Shown here: piece after piece, positions 24,160 through 36,207 of the stretch | Layout of the letters: each line of letters begins with the position of its first letter | How positions within the stretch are numbered: the stretch's first letter is position 1 | Origin: Octopus sinensis | Taxonomy: Eukaryota | Direction of reading: 5' to 3' | Assembly (NCBI RefSeq): GCF_006345805.1 | Contig: NW_021834852.1 | Span: 1-45,607, forward strand | DNA length: 45,607 nucleotides | Notes under the pieces: model-generated | Databases searched by the model: none | What the model was told of the DNA's origin: nothing | The model's input: the letters and a program-made list of their open reading frames with translations, nothing else | Position numbers and translations under genes: made by a program

Positions 24160-25572
24160 ATAAATTTAAATATCTTTATTTTTCCCCCTTAACACTGTTG
24201 CTGCTTTGTCTGTTAAATGGTGGTTTGGGTTTCAAATCCTTCTCAGTCTAAAAATTATTTTTTTTTTGTTATTAACTGAAATAAATTTGAATAAAATTTA
24301 TTTTTCCCTAAACATTGTTGCTACTTTGTCTATTAAATGGTGGTTTGGGTTTCAATTCCTTCTCAGTCTAAAAATTATTTTTTTTTATTAACTGAAATTG
24401 GTCTGGTGGAGTAGAACTGATCTGGAGTAAACAATGAAGCAGTGTGTGTGTGAAAAAAATGGGTCTCAAGACAGCCTTGCCATAGTTACCAAATCTTTTC
24501 ATTAAGCACAAAAATTTAAATAAGTTTATTTTTTTACCCCTTAACATTGTTGCTGCTTTGTCTGTAAAAAGGTGGTTTGGGTTCCAATGCCTTCCCAGTC
24601 TAAAAGTAATCTTTTTTTGGTGGTCTGGGTTTCAATGTCTTCCCAGTCTGAAAGTAATTTTTTTTTTGTTATTTACTGAAATAGATTTAAATATCTGAAT
24701 TTTCCCATTAATTTTGTAGCAGTTTCGGTGGCCTAGTAGGTAAGGTGCTAGAAGTAGTGGCGTAATAATGGTTGAGGTTTCAGACCTCTGCCAGGAAATC
24801 AGAATTTTTCACTCTTTTTGTCTCTAGTGGAAAAAAAAATGAATTTCCTGGCAGAGGTTTGAAACCTCAACCATTATTACGCCACTACTTCTAGCACCTT
24901 ACCTACTAGGCCACCGAAACTGCTACAAAATTAATGGAAAAATTCAGATATTTAAATCTATTTCATTAAATAACAAAAAAAAAATTACTTTTAGGCTGGG
25001 AAGACATTGAAACCCAGACCACCAAAAAAAGATTACTTTTAGACTGGGAAGACATTGAAACCCAGACCACCAAAAAAAAAAAATTACTTTTCGACTGGGA
25101 AGGCATTGGAACCCAAACCACCATTTTACAGACAAAGCAGCAACAATGTCAAGGGGTAAAAAAAATAAATTTATTAAAATTTTTGTGCTTAATGAAAAGA
25201 TTTGGTAACTATGGCAAGGCTGTCCTGAGACCCATTTATCACACACACACACACACACACTATGCTTCATTGTTTACTCCAGATCAGTTCTACTCCACCA
25301 GACCAATTTCAGTTATAAACAAAAATAATTTTTAGACTGAGAAGGATTTGAAACCCTAACCACCATTTAACAGACAAAGCAGCAACAATGTTAAGGGGTA
25401 AAAAAAAAATAAAGATATTTAAATTTATTTAAATTTTAGTGCTTAATGAAAAGATTTGGTAACTATGGCAAGGCTGTCTTGAGACCCATTTTTCACACAC
25501 ACACACAATCTCTTTGTTGAGGGAAATTTGGTTGCTATTTCGAGACTGCTTTGGGGATTCTTATAGGAGCAT

Positions 25573-25606
<34 letters not shown>

Positions 25607-26070
25607 TGCTTCATTGTTTACTCCAGATTAGTTCTACTCTACCAGGCCAATTATAATTAACGACACTCCAGTTGTGACCATCTCTGACCACTTGTCTATA
25701 ATCATAATACAAACTTCAGTTAATAGAAAAAAATAATTTTTAGACTGGGAAGGAATTGAAACCCAAACCACCATTTAACAGACAAAGCAGCAACAATGTT
25801 AAGGGGAAAATAAAGATATTTCAATTTATTTCAGTTAATAACAAAAAAAAAATTACTTTTTGACTGGGAAGGTATTGAAACCCAAACCACCATTTAACAG
25901 ACAAAGCAACAACAATGTTAAGGGGAAAATAAAGATATTTCAATTTATTTCAGTTAATAACAAAAAAAAAAAAACTTTTAGACTGGGAAGGAATTGAAAC
26001 CCAAACCAACATTTAACAGACAAAATGACTAACAAACAATTTCAATGTTAAAATTTAGATATTTAAATAT
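24160..26070. mobile_element. Foldback-like element: long modular inverted repeat centred near 24820
   Basis: Left arm ~24160-24799 is the reverse complement of ~24843-25430; extra ~115-bp modules at 25730-26025; the inner ~115 bp are almost perfectly complementary. Confidence 0.8.
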
Positions 26071-26299
26071 TTTCTTAATTGGTAAGACTGTTGTTGCTGA
26101 TGTTTGTTCCTTCTCAAGCCATGCCTGATTCATAAGGGCCGGTTTCCCAGTTTCATTGGCATATAAGTTCCCCACCTGGATGGGATGTTGGTCCATGACA
26201 CCTGAAGAAGAGAGAGAATGAGAGATATGGTGGAGAATAGTAAAATAGAATTAGAAATAACCGGGTATCTTATAGTCGTGATACATATCGAGCCCTTCT

Positions 26300-26659
26300 G
26301 GGTATTAGCACGCGTCTACGATGAGTCTACGATTTAAAAAAAAATTTACCATAATTTTTTTCCATTTTAATGCATTTTTTTCGCTATTATATAAGGGAAG
26401 TAACTCTCTAAAAATGTCTACGATGAGTCAACGATTTAAAAAAAAATTTACCATCGTTTTTTTCCATTTTAATGCATTTTTTCGCTATTATATAAGGGAA
26501 GTAACTCTCTAAAAATGTCTACGATGAGTCAACGAATTTTAAAAAAATTTACCATCATTTTTTTCCCATTTTTAATGCGTTTTTTTGCTATAACTCTCTA
26601 AAAATGCTTATATAGTTATTTCCCTTACAAACCCGACCAACGCCGGGCGATACTGCTAG
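26300..26659 (+). mobile_element. Non-autonomous Helitron-like 3' end with ~101-bp internal repeats (x3)
   Basis: CCCG-accaacgc-CGGG hairpin (26632-26647) followed 8 nt later by CTAG|T (26656-26660); gtctacgatgagtc recurs at 26314, 26416 and 26517. 5' end not identified. Confidence 0.65.
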
Positions 26660-26864
26660 TTAACAAAAAAGGATCTTGTGGTAAAACATGGATGTTATAT
26701 ATCCTCATCTTTTAATGTCTGTTTTCGATGCTGGCAAGCGTTGGATGATTTGACAGGAGTTGGCAAGGCTGGAGAGCTACACCAGATTCCAGTTGTCTGT
26801 TTTGGTAGATTTCTATGGCTGGATGCCCATCCTAATGTCAACCACTTTACAAAGTATACTATAA

Positions 26865-28010
26865 AGCCTTGTGAGTGGATTTGGTAGACGGAAACTGAAA
26901 GAAGCCCGTCGTGTATATATATATGTGTGTGTGTGTCTGTGTTTGTCCCCCCAACATCGCTTGACAACCGATGGTGGTGTGTTTACGTCCCCGTAACTTA
27001 GCGGTTCAGCAAAAGAGAATGATAGAATAAGTACTAGGCTTACAAGGAATAAGTCCCGGGGTTGATTTGCTCAACTAAAGGCGGTGCTCCAGCATGGCCA
27101 CAGTCAAAATGACTGTAACAAGTAAAAGAGTAAAAGAGTAAATATCACCCACTACACTCTCGGAGTGGTTGGCGTTAGGAAGGGCATCCAGCTGTAGAAA
27201 CATTGCCAGATTAGACTGGAGCCTGGTGCAGCCTTCTGGCTTCCCAGAACCCCGGTCGAACCGTCCAACCCATGCTAGCATGGAGAACGGACGTTAAACG
27301 ACGATGATGATGATGATGATATAGAGAGAGAGAGAGTTGGTATTATGCAAAAGTGTCGTAAGTCCAAAACGTTGCTTTTTCAGAAAGTGTAAAAGAAAAA
27401 AAAAAGTTTCACCATTCCATAGCAAAACTATTGTACTACGCTTTGACAGTTTTTGGTATCTTGGCATCTGAAGCATCTGGAGATACAATAGTTTGGCCAA
27501 AAGAACCAGCTCTTGCAAGCAATAATAAATATTGGGAAATAATGCATTTGGCCAAATTTGGACATGCAACACTTACTTACAAACCACGTGGTTCCAGGTT
27601 CAGTCCCACTGCATGGCACCTTGGGCAAGTGTCTTCTACTATAGCCTCGGGCCGACCAAAGCCTTGTGAGTGGATTTGGTAGATGGAAACTGAAAGAAGC
27701 CCATCATACATATGTGTATATATATATATGTGTGGAGGCGCAATGGCCCAGTGGCTAGGGCAGTGGACTCACGGTTGTACGATCACGGTTTCGATTCCCA
27801 GACCGGGCGTTGCGAGTGTTTATTGAGTGAAAACACCTAAAGCTCCACCAGGCTCCAGCAGGGGATGGTGGCGATCCCTGCTGTACTCTTCTGTCACAAC
27901 TTTCTCTCACTCTTTCTTCTGTTGGCCTGCTCGCGTCATTTCAAGGCTAAGAAACAATGTGAAGCGCATTGTGACCAGCGATGTGTAGCAACATCTGATA
28001 GCCTGGTCGG
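26865..28010 (+). mobile_element. Cluster of SINE pieces (family A at 26865-27140 and 27570-27710; family B at 27729-28010)
   Basis: Motif identity to other copies in the window. Confidence 0.8.
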
Positions 28011-28039
28011 AAAAAAAAAATATATATATATATATATAC

Positions 28040-29408
28040 ATATCATCATCATCATCATCATCGTTTAACGTCCGCTTTCCATGCTAGCATGGGTTGGACG
28101 GTTCAACTGGGGTCTGGGAAGCCCGAAGGCTGCACCAGGCCAGTCAGATGTGGCAGTGTTTCTACAGCTGGATGCCCTTCCTAACGCCAACCACTCCGAG
28201 AGTGTAGTGGGTGATTTTATGTGCCACCGACACAGGTGCCAGACGAGGCTGGCAGACGGCCACGCTCGGATGGTTTGTTTTTATGTGCCACCGACACAGG
28301 TGCCAGACGAGGCTGGCAGACGGCCACGCTCGGATGGTGTTTTTTATGTGCCACCGACACAGGTGCCAGACGAGGCTGGCAGACGGCCACGCTCGGATGG
28401 TGTTTTTTTTATGTGCCACCGACACAGGTGCCAGACGAGGCTGGCAGACGGCCACGCTCGGATGGTGTTTTTTATGTGCCACCGACACAGGTGCTAGACG
28501 AGGCTGGCGGACGGCCACGCTCGGATGGTGTTTGTTACGTGCCCTCAGCACGGAGGCCAGTCATTGCGGTACTGGCTACGGTCACGTTCGGATGGTTTTC
28601 TTATGTGCCACCGGCACTGGTACCACAAGGATACAAATTCCATTGATGTTCATCTATTTTGATTTGGTTCGATTTGATTTGATACGATTCGATTCTATTC
28701 TCACTTGCCTCAACAGGTCTTCACAAGTGTCACAAGAAGGAAGGTATGCACAGGTGGACTGACTACGTCCCAGGTAGGGGCCACGGACTATGGCTTCACT
28801 AGTCTTGCCGGGTCTTCTCACGCACAGCATACTTCCATAGGTCTCGGTCTCTAGTCATTTCCATGGTGAGACCTAACGTCCGAAGGTCGTGCTTCACCAC
28901 CTCGTCCCAGGTTTTCCTGGGTCTACCTCTTCCACGGGTTCCCTCAACTGCTAGGGATTGGCACTTTCTCACACACCTCTCTTCATCATTCTCGCCACAT
29001 GACCATACCAGCGCAATCGTCTCTCTTGCACACAACAACTGATGCTTCTTAGGTACAACATTTCTCTCAAGGTACTAACGCTCTGTCGAGTAAGTACACT
29101 GACATTACACATCCATCGGAGCATACTGGCTTCGTTCCTCACGAGCTTACGCATGTCCTCAGCAGTCACGGCCCATGTTTCACTGCCATGTAGCATAGCT
29201 GTTCGTACACATGCATCATACAGTCTGCCTTTTACTCTGAGCGAGAGGCCTTTAGTCACCAGCAGAGGTAAGAGCTCCCTAAACTTTGCCCAGGCTATTC
29301 TTATTCTAGCAGTTACACTTTCAGCGCACCCACCCCCACTACTGACTTGGTCACCTAGATAGCGGAAACTATCAACTACTTCTAGTTTTTCCCCCCGGAA
29401 AGTGACAG
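28040..29408 (-). mobile_element. 5'-truncated RTE-clade LINE: RT C-terminal ~200 codons plus 3' UTR and (GAT)n tail
   Basis: EKLEVVDSFRYLG...RIRIAWAKFRELLP...LHGSETWAVT...RRLRWYGHVARM...GRGRPRKTWDEVVKHDL are RTE RT-end motifs; one frameshift near 28970-29040. Confidence 0.92.
28215..28540. repeat. 63-65-bp tandem repeat x5 inside the RTE 3' UTR
   Basis: atgtgccaccgacacaggtg at 28219, 28283, 28346, 28411 and 28474. Confidence 0.95.
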
Positions 29409-29412
29409 AAGT

Positions 29413-29445
<33 letters not shown>

Positions 29446-29869
29446 GTATGTGTGTGTTTGTCCCCCCAACATCGCTTGACAACCGGTAAACTGGTGTGGT
29501 TACGTCCCCGTAACTTAGTGGTTCGGCAAAAAAGAGACCGATAAAATAAGTACTAGGCTTACAAAGAATAAGTCCTGGGGTCGATCTGATCGACTAAAGG
29601 CGGTGCCCCAGCATGGCCACAGTCACATGACTGAAACAAGTAAAAGAGTATATATATATAAAGCATAATATATTTGTGATCAGAGTTGTATACTCTCTTT
29701 TACTTGTTTCAGTCATTTGACTGTGGCCATGCTGGGGCACCGCCTTTATTTATAAACTATGTGTATACTTTATTAATAATATTAATATGTATATACTTTA
29801 TTAATAAAACCTCAAAAACCTCACAAAACCTGTTACTCAGGCAAAGAAAAAAATTGAAAACAAACTTAC

Positions 29870-30056
29870 CTCCATCTTTTGTGCAACAAGCAAAGACAAC
29901 CCATCCGAGGCACACTCCCCAGACAGTACGGCTAACGGCAGTGTAGAAGGATGCTGTCTCCTGAGTAATATAGTACTCGTTGTTGTTGTAGAGGCCATAG
30001 GGAACAGCCACAGCGGAGATTGTGGCCATTAGCCAAAGAACTGTATTGATGACATA
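29870..30056 (-). CDS. Single internal exon of an NRF-6/OACYL-like membrane O-acyltransferase (Acyl_transf_3): YVINTVLWLMATISAVAVPYGLYNNNEYYITQETASFYTAVSRTVWGVCLGWVVFACCTKDG(G)
   Basis: Minus-strand acceptor atttctcattgcag| and donor GAG|gtaagt; 187 nt, phase 0 to 1. FYTAVSRTVWGVCLGWVVFACCTKDGG matches the NRF-6 family motif YxAxxRxxWxxxLxWxxFACxxGxGG. Confidence 0.85.
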
Positions 30057-30129
30057 CTGCAATGAGAAATGGGAGAATATAATAAAGTCATGTGACTTCG
30101 AGTCTGGATGGTGATTGGTTAGATTATAT

Positions 30130-30166
<37 letters not shown>

Positions 30167-30188
30167 GTTGGGTTGTGATTGGGTAGAA

Positions 30189-30389
30189 CAGTGGCTTTCA
30201 ACCAGGGTTCCGCCAGTACAGTTCAGGGGTTCCGCAAGAAGTTACAAAACTGCTAAAATCGGCAGTAATTTTTAATTCTCCTGTGCAGATATGTGTGCAT
30301 AAGACTATTAAATTATTGCACAGGGGTTCCTCGAGCCAGTGGAATGTTTCCTTGGGGTTCCGCTCCAGCAAAAAGTTTGAAAAGTACTG
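30189..30389. mobile_element. hAT-like MITE (partial second copy at ~30410-30445)
   Basis: Imperfect TIRs CAGTGGCTTTCAACC ... GTTTGAAAAGTACTG; no 8-bp TSD visible. Confidence 0.6.
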
Positions 30390-30444
30390 ATATATATATA
30401 TATATATATCAGTGGTTTTCAACTAGGGTTCTGCAGAACCTTAG

Positions 30445-30497
30445 GGTTGTGAGTGGATTTGGTAGACGGAAACTTAAAGAAGCCCGTCGTACATATG

Positions 30498-30531
<34 letters not shown>

Positions 30532-31196
30532 ATGCATGCATGTGTGTGTTTGTACCCCTAGCATTGCTTGGCAACCGATGCTGGTGTGTTTACGTCCCCG
30601 GTTCGGCAAAAGAGACCGATAGAATAAGTACTGGGCTTACAAAAAGAATAAGTCCTGGGGTTGATTTGCTCGACTAAAAGGCAGTGCTCCAGCATGGCCG
30701 CAGTCAAATGACTGAAACAAGTAAAAGAGAAAAGGAGAGAGAGTACATGTATGTGTATGTATACATGTTTATGTGTATGCTATGTGTGTATAATAATGTT
30801 GACCGCTCTGTTTGGTTTCAGCTGTATCATACTCCCCCAGTTTCCAAAATGGTTCTGACCGCTGCGACCTTACAAGTAATCAGCAAGAACAAGCAGCATT
30901 TGCAACAGTTGCAGGACCTGGCTGGCGTTGATGGTTCCATAGAAGGTGAGTGACCGACCGGCAGACATGGACGGTGGTGGTGGTTGCTGTTGTTAAATTA
31001 TTCTTTTTTTTTTGTTCTACATATAGGCGTAGGAGTGGCTGTGTGGTAAGTAGCTTGCTTTCCAACCACATGGTTCCGGGTTCAGTCCCACTGCGTGGCA
31101 CCTTGGGCAAGTGTCTTCTTCTATAGCCTCGGGCCAACCAAAGCCTTGTGAGTGGATTTGGTAGACGGAAACTGAAAGAAGCCCGTCGTATATATG

Positions 31197-31244
<48 letters not shown>

Positions 31245-31665
31245 GGCGTAGGAGTGGTTGTGTGGTAAGTAGCTTGCTTACCAACCACATGGTTCCGGGT
31301 TCAGTCCCACTGCGTGGCACCTTGGGCAAGTGTCTTCTGCTATAGCCTCGGGCCAACCAAAGCCTTGTGAGTGGATTTGGTAGACGGAAACTGAAAGAAG
31401 CCTGTCGTATATATGTGTATATATATATATATAAGTGTGTGTGTATATGTTTGTGTGTCTGTGTTTGTCCCCCCAACATCGCTTGACAACCGATGCTGGT
31501 GTGTTTACATCCCCATAATGTAGCGGTTTGGCAAAAGAGACCGATAGAATAAGTACTAGGCTTACAAAGAATAAGTCCTTACAAAGTTCTGGGGTCGATT
31601 TGCTTGACTAAAAGGTGGTGCTCCAGCATGGCCACAGTCAAATGACTGAAACAAGTAAAAGAGTA
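30445..31665 (+). mobile_element. Family-A SINEs flanking exon 5 (30445-30725; 31023-31665 with duplicated 5' half)
   Basis: Motif identity to 111-530. Confidence 0.88.
30822..30945 (+). CDS. Exon 5: LYHTPPVSKMVLTAATLQVISKNKQHLQQLQDLAGVDGSIE(G)
   Basis: Acceptor tttggtttcag|, donor AAG|gtgagt; 124 nt, phase 0 to 1. Joins to give LDRLLGLYHTPPV (cf. Fam20C LDRILDFRRVPPV); IEG motif conserved. Confidence 0.92.
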
Positions 31666-34600
31666 TTCCACCACCATCACGATCTCCACCAACACCATCC
31701 TCTCCATCATGACTACTGCTACCACCACAACCGCCACCACTGCAACCACCATCTCCACCACATGCACTCCCACCAATACCATCCTCAAAACTAATGCTAC
31801 TTGCTCCCCTGTCACCACCACCATCGCTGTTCTTCCCAACAGTACCATCCTCTACCACTACCATCATCATGGCCACCACCACCTCCACTGTGCCAACATC
31901 GCAACCATCACAACCACCTATCAAGAACAGCATCACCACAACCACTACCATTACTACCACCACCATTACTGCCACCACTATCACTACCACTGCAACAACC
32001 ATCATCGCCACCATCACAACTATCACTACCACCACAACCACCACTGCAACCACCATCACTACCACTGCAACCACCTCCATTGCCACCATCACAACTATCA
32101 CTACCACCACAACCACCACTGCAACCACCATCACTACAACTGCAACCACCTCCATCACCACCATCACAACTATCGATACCCACAACCACAACCACCACTG
32201 CAACCACCATCACTACCACTGCAACCACCTCCATCACCACCATCACAACTATCACTACCACCACAACCACCACTGCAACCACCTTCACTACCACTGCAAC
32301 CACCTCCATCACCACCATCACAACTATCACTGCCACCACAACCACCACTGCAACCACCATCACTACCACTGCAACCACCTCCATCACCACCATCACAACT
32401 ATCACTACCACCACAACCACCACTGCAACCACCATCACTACCACTGCAACCACCTCCATCACCACCATCACAACTATCACTACCACCACAACCACCACTG
32501 CAACCACCATCACTACCACTGCAACCACCTCCATCACCACCATCACAACTATCACTACCACCACAACCACCACTGCAACCACCATCACTACCACTGCAAC
32601 CACCTCCATCGCCACCATCACAACTATCACTGCCACCACAACCACCACTGCAACCACCATCACTACCACTGCAACCACCTCCATCACCACCATCACAACT
32701 ATCACTGCCACCACAACCACCACTGCAACCACCATCACTACCACTGCAACCACCTCCATCAGCACCATCACAACTATCACTACCACCACAACCACCATCA
32801 CTACCACTGCAACCACCTCCATCACCACTATCACAACTATCACTACCACCACAACCACAACCACCATGCAACCACTATCACTACCACTGCAACCACCTCC
32901 ATCACAACTATAACTACCACTACAACCACCACTGCAAACACCATCACTACCACTGCAACCACCACCATCACAACTATCACTACCACCACAACCACCACTG
33001 CAAACACCATCACTACCACTGCAACCACCACCATCACAACTATAACTACTACTACAACCACCACTGCAACCACCATCACTACCACTGCAACCACCTCCAT
33101 CACCACCATCACAACTATCACTACCACCACAACCACCACTGCAACCACCATCACTACCAATGCAACCACCTCCATCGCCACCATCACAACTATCACTACC
33201 ACTACAACCACCACTGCAACCACCATCACTACCACTGCAACCACCTCCATCACCACCATCACAACTATAACTACTACTACAACCACCACTGCAACCACCA
33301 TCACTACCACTGCAACCACCTCCATCAGCACCATCACAACTATCACTACCACCACAACCACCACTGCAACCACCATCACTACCACTGCAACCACCTCCAT
33401 CACCACCATCACAACTATAACTACTACTACAACCACCACTGCAACCACCATCACTACCACTGCAACCACCTCCATCACCACCATCACAACTATCACTACC
33501 ACCACAACCACAACCACTGCAACCACCATCACTACCAATGCAACCACCTCCATCGCCACCCTACCAACTATCACTACCACTACAACCCCACTGCAACCAC
33601 CATCACTACCACTGGCACCCACCTCCATCACCACCATCACAACTATAACTACCACTACAACCACCACTGCAACCACCATCACTACCACTGCAACCACCTC
33701 CATCAGCACCATCACAACTATCACTACCACCCACCCACCATCACTACCACTGCAACCACCTCCTCACCACCATCACAACTACGCTACCCACCCCACACCA
33801 CAACACACCCCACTGCAACCACCATCACTACCACTGCAACCACCTCCATCACCACCATCACAACTATAACTACCACCACAACCACCACTGCAACCACCAT
33901 CACTACCACTGCAACCACCTCCATCACCACCATCACAACTATCACTACCACCACAACCACCATCACTACCACTGCAACCACCTCCATCACCACTATCACA
34001 ACTATCACTACCACCACAACCACCATCACTACCACTGCAACCACCTCCATCAGCACCATCACAACTATCACTACCACCACAACCACCATCACTACCACTG
34101 CAACCACCTCCATCACCACCATCACAACTATCACTACCACCACAACCACCATCACTACCACTGCAACCACCTCCATCGCCACCATCACAACTATCACTGC
34201 CACCACAACCACCACTGCAACCACCATCACTACCACTGCAACCACCTCCATCGCCACCATCACAACTATCACTGCCACCACAACCACCACTGCAACCACC
34301 ATCACTACCACTGCAACCACCTCCATCACCACCATCACAACCATCACAACTATCACTACCACCACAACCACCACTGCAACCACCATCACTACCACTGCAA
34401 CCACCTCCATCGCCACCATTACAACTATAACTACCACTACAACCACCACTGCAACCACCATCACTACCACTGCAACCACCACCATCGCCACCACAACCAC
34501 CACCACCACTACTACCACAACCACCACAACTACCACCACAACCACCACCATCACTACAACCACCACCATAACCACCACCATCACTACAACCACCACCATA
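31665..34600. repeat. ~2.9-kb C/A-rich minisatellite, basic period 75 bp (63-bp variants), built from CAC/ACC/ATC triplets
   Basis: ccactgcaaccaccatc at 32041 and 32116; intronic, between exons 5 and 6. Confidence 0.95.
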
Positions 34601-34659
34601 CTGCTCCTTTTTCACCATACCATTCTCGTCATTTCATCTTCAACTTTTTTTTCCCCCAG

Positions 34660-34842
34660 GCTTCGTACAACCACCTCAACCGTCTTCGTTCACCGTCCAG
34701 TCTATCACCCTCAGGCCACTTGACCAACTCACTGATCAGCTGAACGATATATCCAAAGCTGACAAACTCTTCCTGGAGTACGTCTTACTCATTTGGTTGA
34801 CCAAAATCAAGTTGAACAACAATCATTACATCGGGACCAAAG
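34660..34842 (+). CDS. Exon 6: (G)FVQPPQPSSFTVQSITLRPLDQLTDQLNDISKADKLFLEYVLLIWLTKIKLNNNHYIGTK(G)
   Basis: Acceptor tttttttttcccccag|, donor AAG|gtaagt; 183 nt, phase 1 to 1; stop-free only in this frame. WLTKIKLNNNHY aligns to the Fam20C catalytic loop FLMGNMDRHHY. Confidence 0.88.
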
Positions 34843-34954
34843 GTAAGTTGTTCGTGTTGTGACAGTGCTCATTCTGAGTTCAATTCCTGCCAACGCCAAA
34901 AATGCATTTCATCTTTACGAGCTCATTAAAATAAAGTAGCGGTATTGATTAGGT

Positions 34955-35735
34955 GGCAAGCTGGCAGAATCGTTAGCACGCCGGGCGAAATTCTTAGCGG
35001 TATTTCGTCTGCCGCTACGTTCTGAGTTCAAATTCCGCCGAGGTCGACTTTGCCTTTCATCCTTTTGGGGTTGATTAAATAAGTACCAGTTACGCACTGG
35101 GTTCGATATAATCGACTTAATCCGTTTGTCTGTCCTTGTTTGTCCCCTCTGTGTTTAGCCCCTTGTGGGTAGTAAAGAAATAGGTATTTCGTCTGTCGTT
35201 ACGTTCTGAGTTCAAATTCCGCTGAGGTCGACTTTGCCTTTCATCCTTTCGGGGTCGATTAAATAAGTACCAGTTACGCACTGGGGTCGATATAATCGAC
35301 TTAATCCGTTTGTCTGTCCCTGTTTGTCCCCTCTGTGTTTAGCCCCTTGTGGGTAGTAAAGAAATACGTATTTCGTCAGGCGTTACATTCTGAGTTCAAA
35401 TTCCGCTGAGGTCGACTTTGCCTTTCATCCTTTCGGGGTTGATTAAATAAGTACCAGTTATGCACTGGGGTCGATATAATCGACTTAATCCGTTTGTCTG
35501 TCCCTGTTTGTCCTCTCTGTGTTTAGCCCCTTGTGAGTAGTAAAGAAATACGTATTTCGTCTGTCGTTACGTTCTGAGTTCAAATTCCGCCGAGGTCGAC
35601 TTTGCCTTTCATCCTTTCGGGGTCGATTAAATAAGTACCAGTTACGCACTGGGGTCGATATAATCGACTTAATCCGTTTGTCTGTCCTTGTTTGTCCCCT
35701 TTATGTTTAGCCCCTTGTGGGTAGTAAAGAAATAA
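34955..35735 (+). repeat. Family-C SINE whose distal 184 bp is tandemly repeated x4
   Basis: tatttcgtc at 35001, 35185, 35369 and 35553. Confidence 0.95.
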
Positions 35736-36174
35736 GTATTGATTAGTACCCCTCCCCTCGAAACCACTACCCTTTGATGTCAATTCCCCCATCCATCCAT
35801 GTTGGATGGACTGATGTTGGTTTATTGACATCCCAATGATGTAGCGATTCAGCAGAAGAGATTGACAGATTAATTACTAGGCTTCAATAAACTAAAGAAT
35901 GGAGTGGATTTGTTTGACTAAGCACTTCAAGGTGCTGATCCAGCATGGCCACAGTCCAATGACTGAGACAAGTAAAAGGTTATATATAGGCACAGGAGTG
36001 GCTGTGTGGTAAGTAGCTTGCTTCCCAACCACATGGTTCTGGGTTCAGAGCCGCTGTGTGGCACCTTATATAACCTCGGGCTGACCAAAGCCTTGTGAGT
36101 GGATTTGGTAGACGGAAACTGAAAGAAGTCCATCGTATACACACATACATACATAGACACACATACATGCATAT

Positions 36175-36206
<32 letters not shown>

Positions 36207-36207
<1 letters not shown>

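Noticed and set aside
31709-34723. 1004-aa and 691-aa mucin-like or His-rich ORFs as independent genes
   Set aside because: Minisatellite translations that switch composition at single-base indels, have no signal peptide, and lie out of frame with the flanking real exons.
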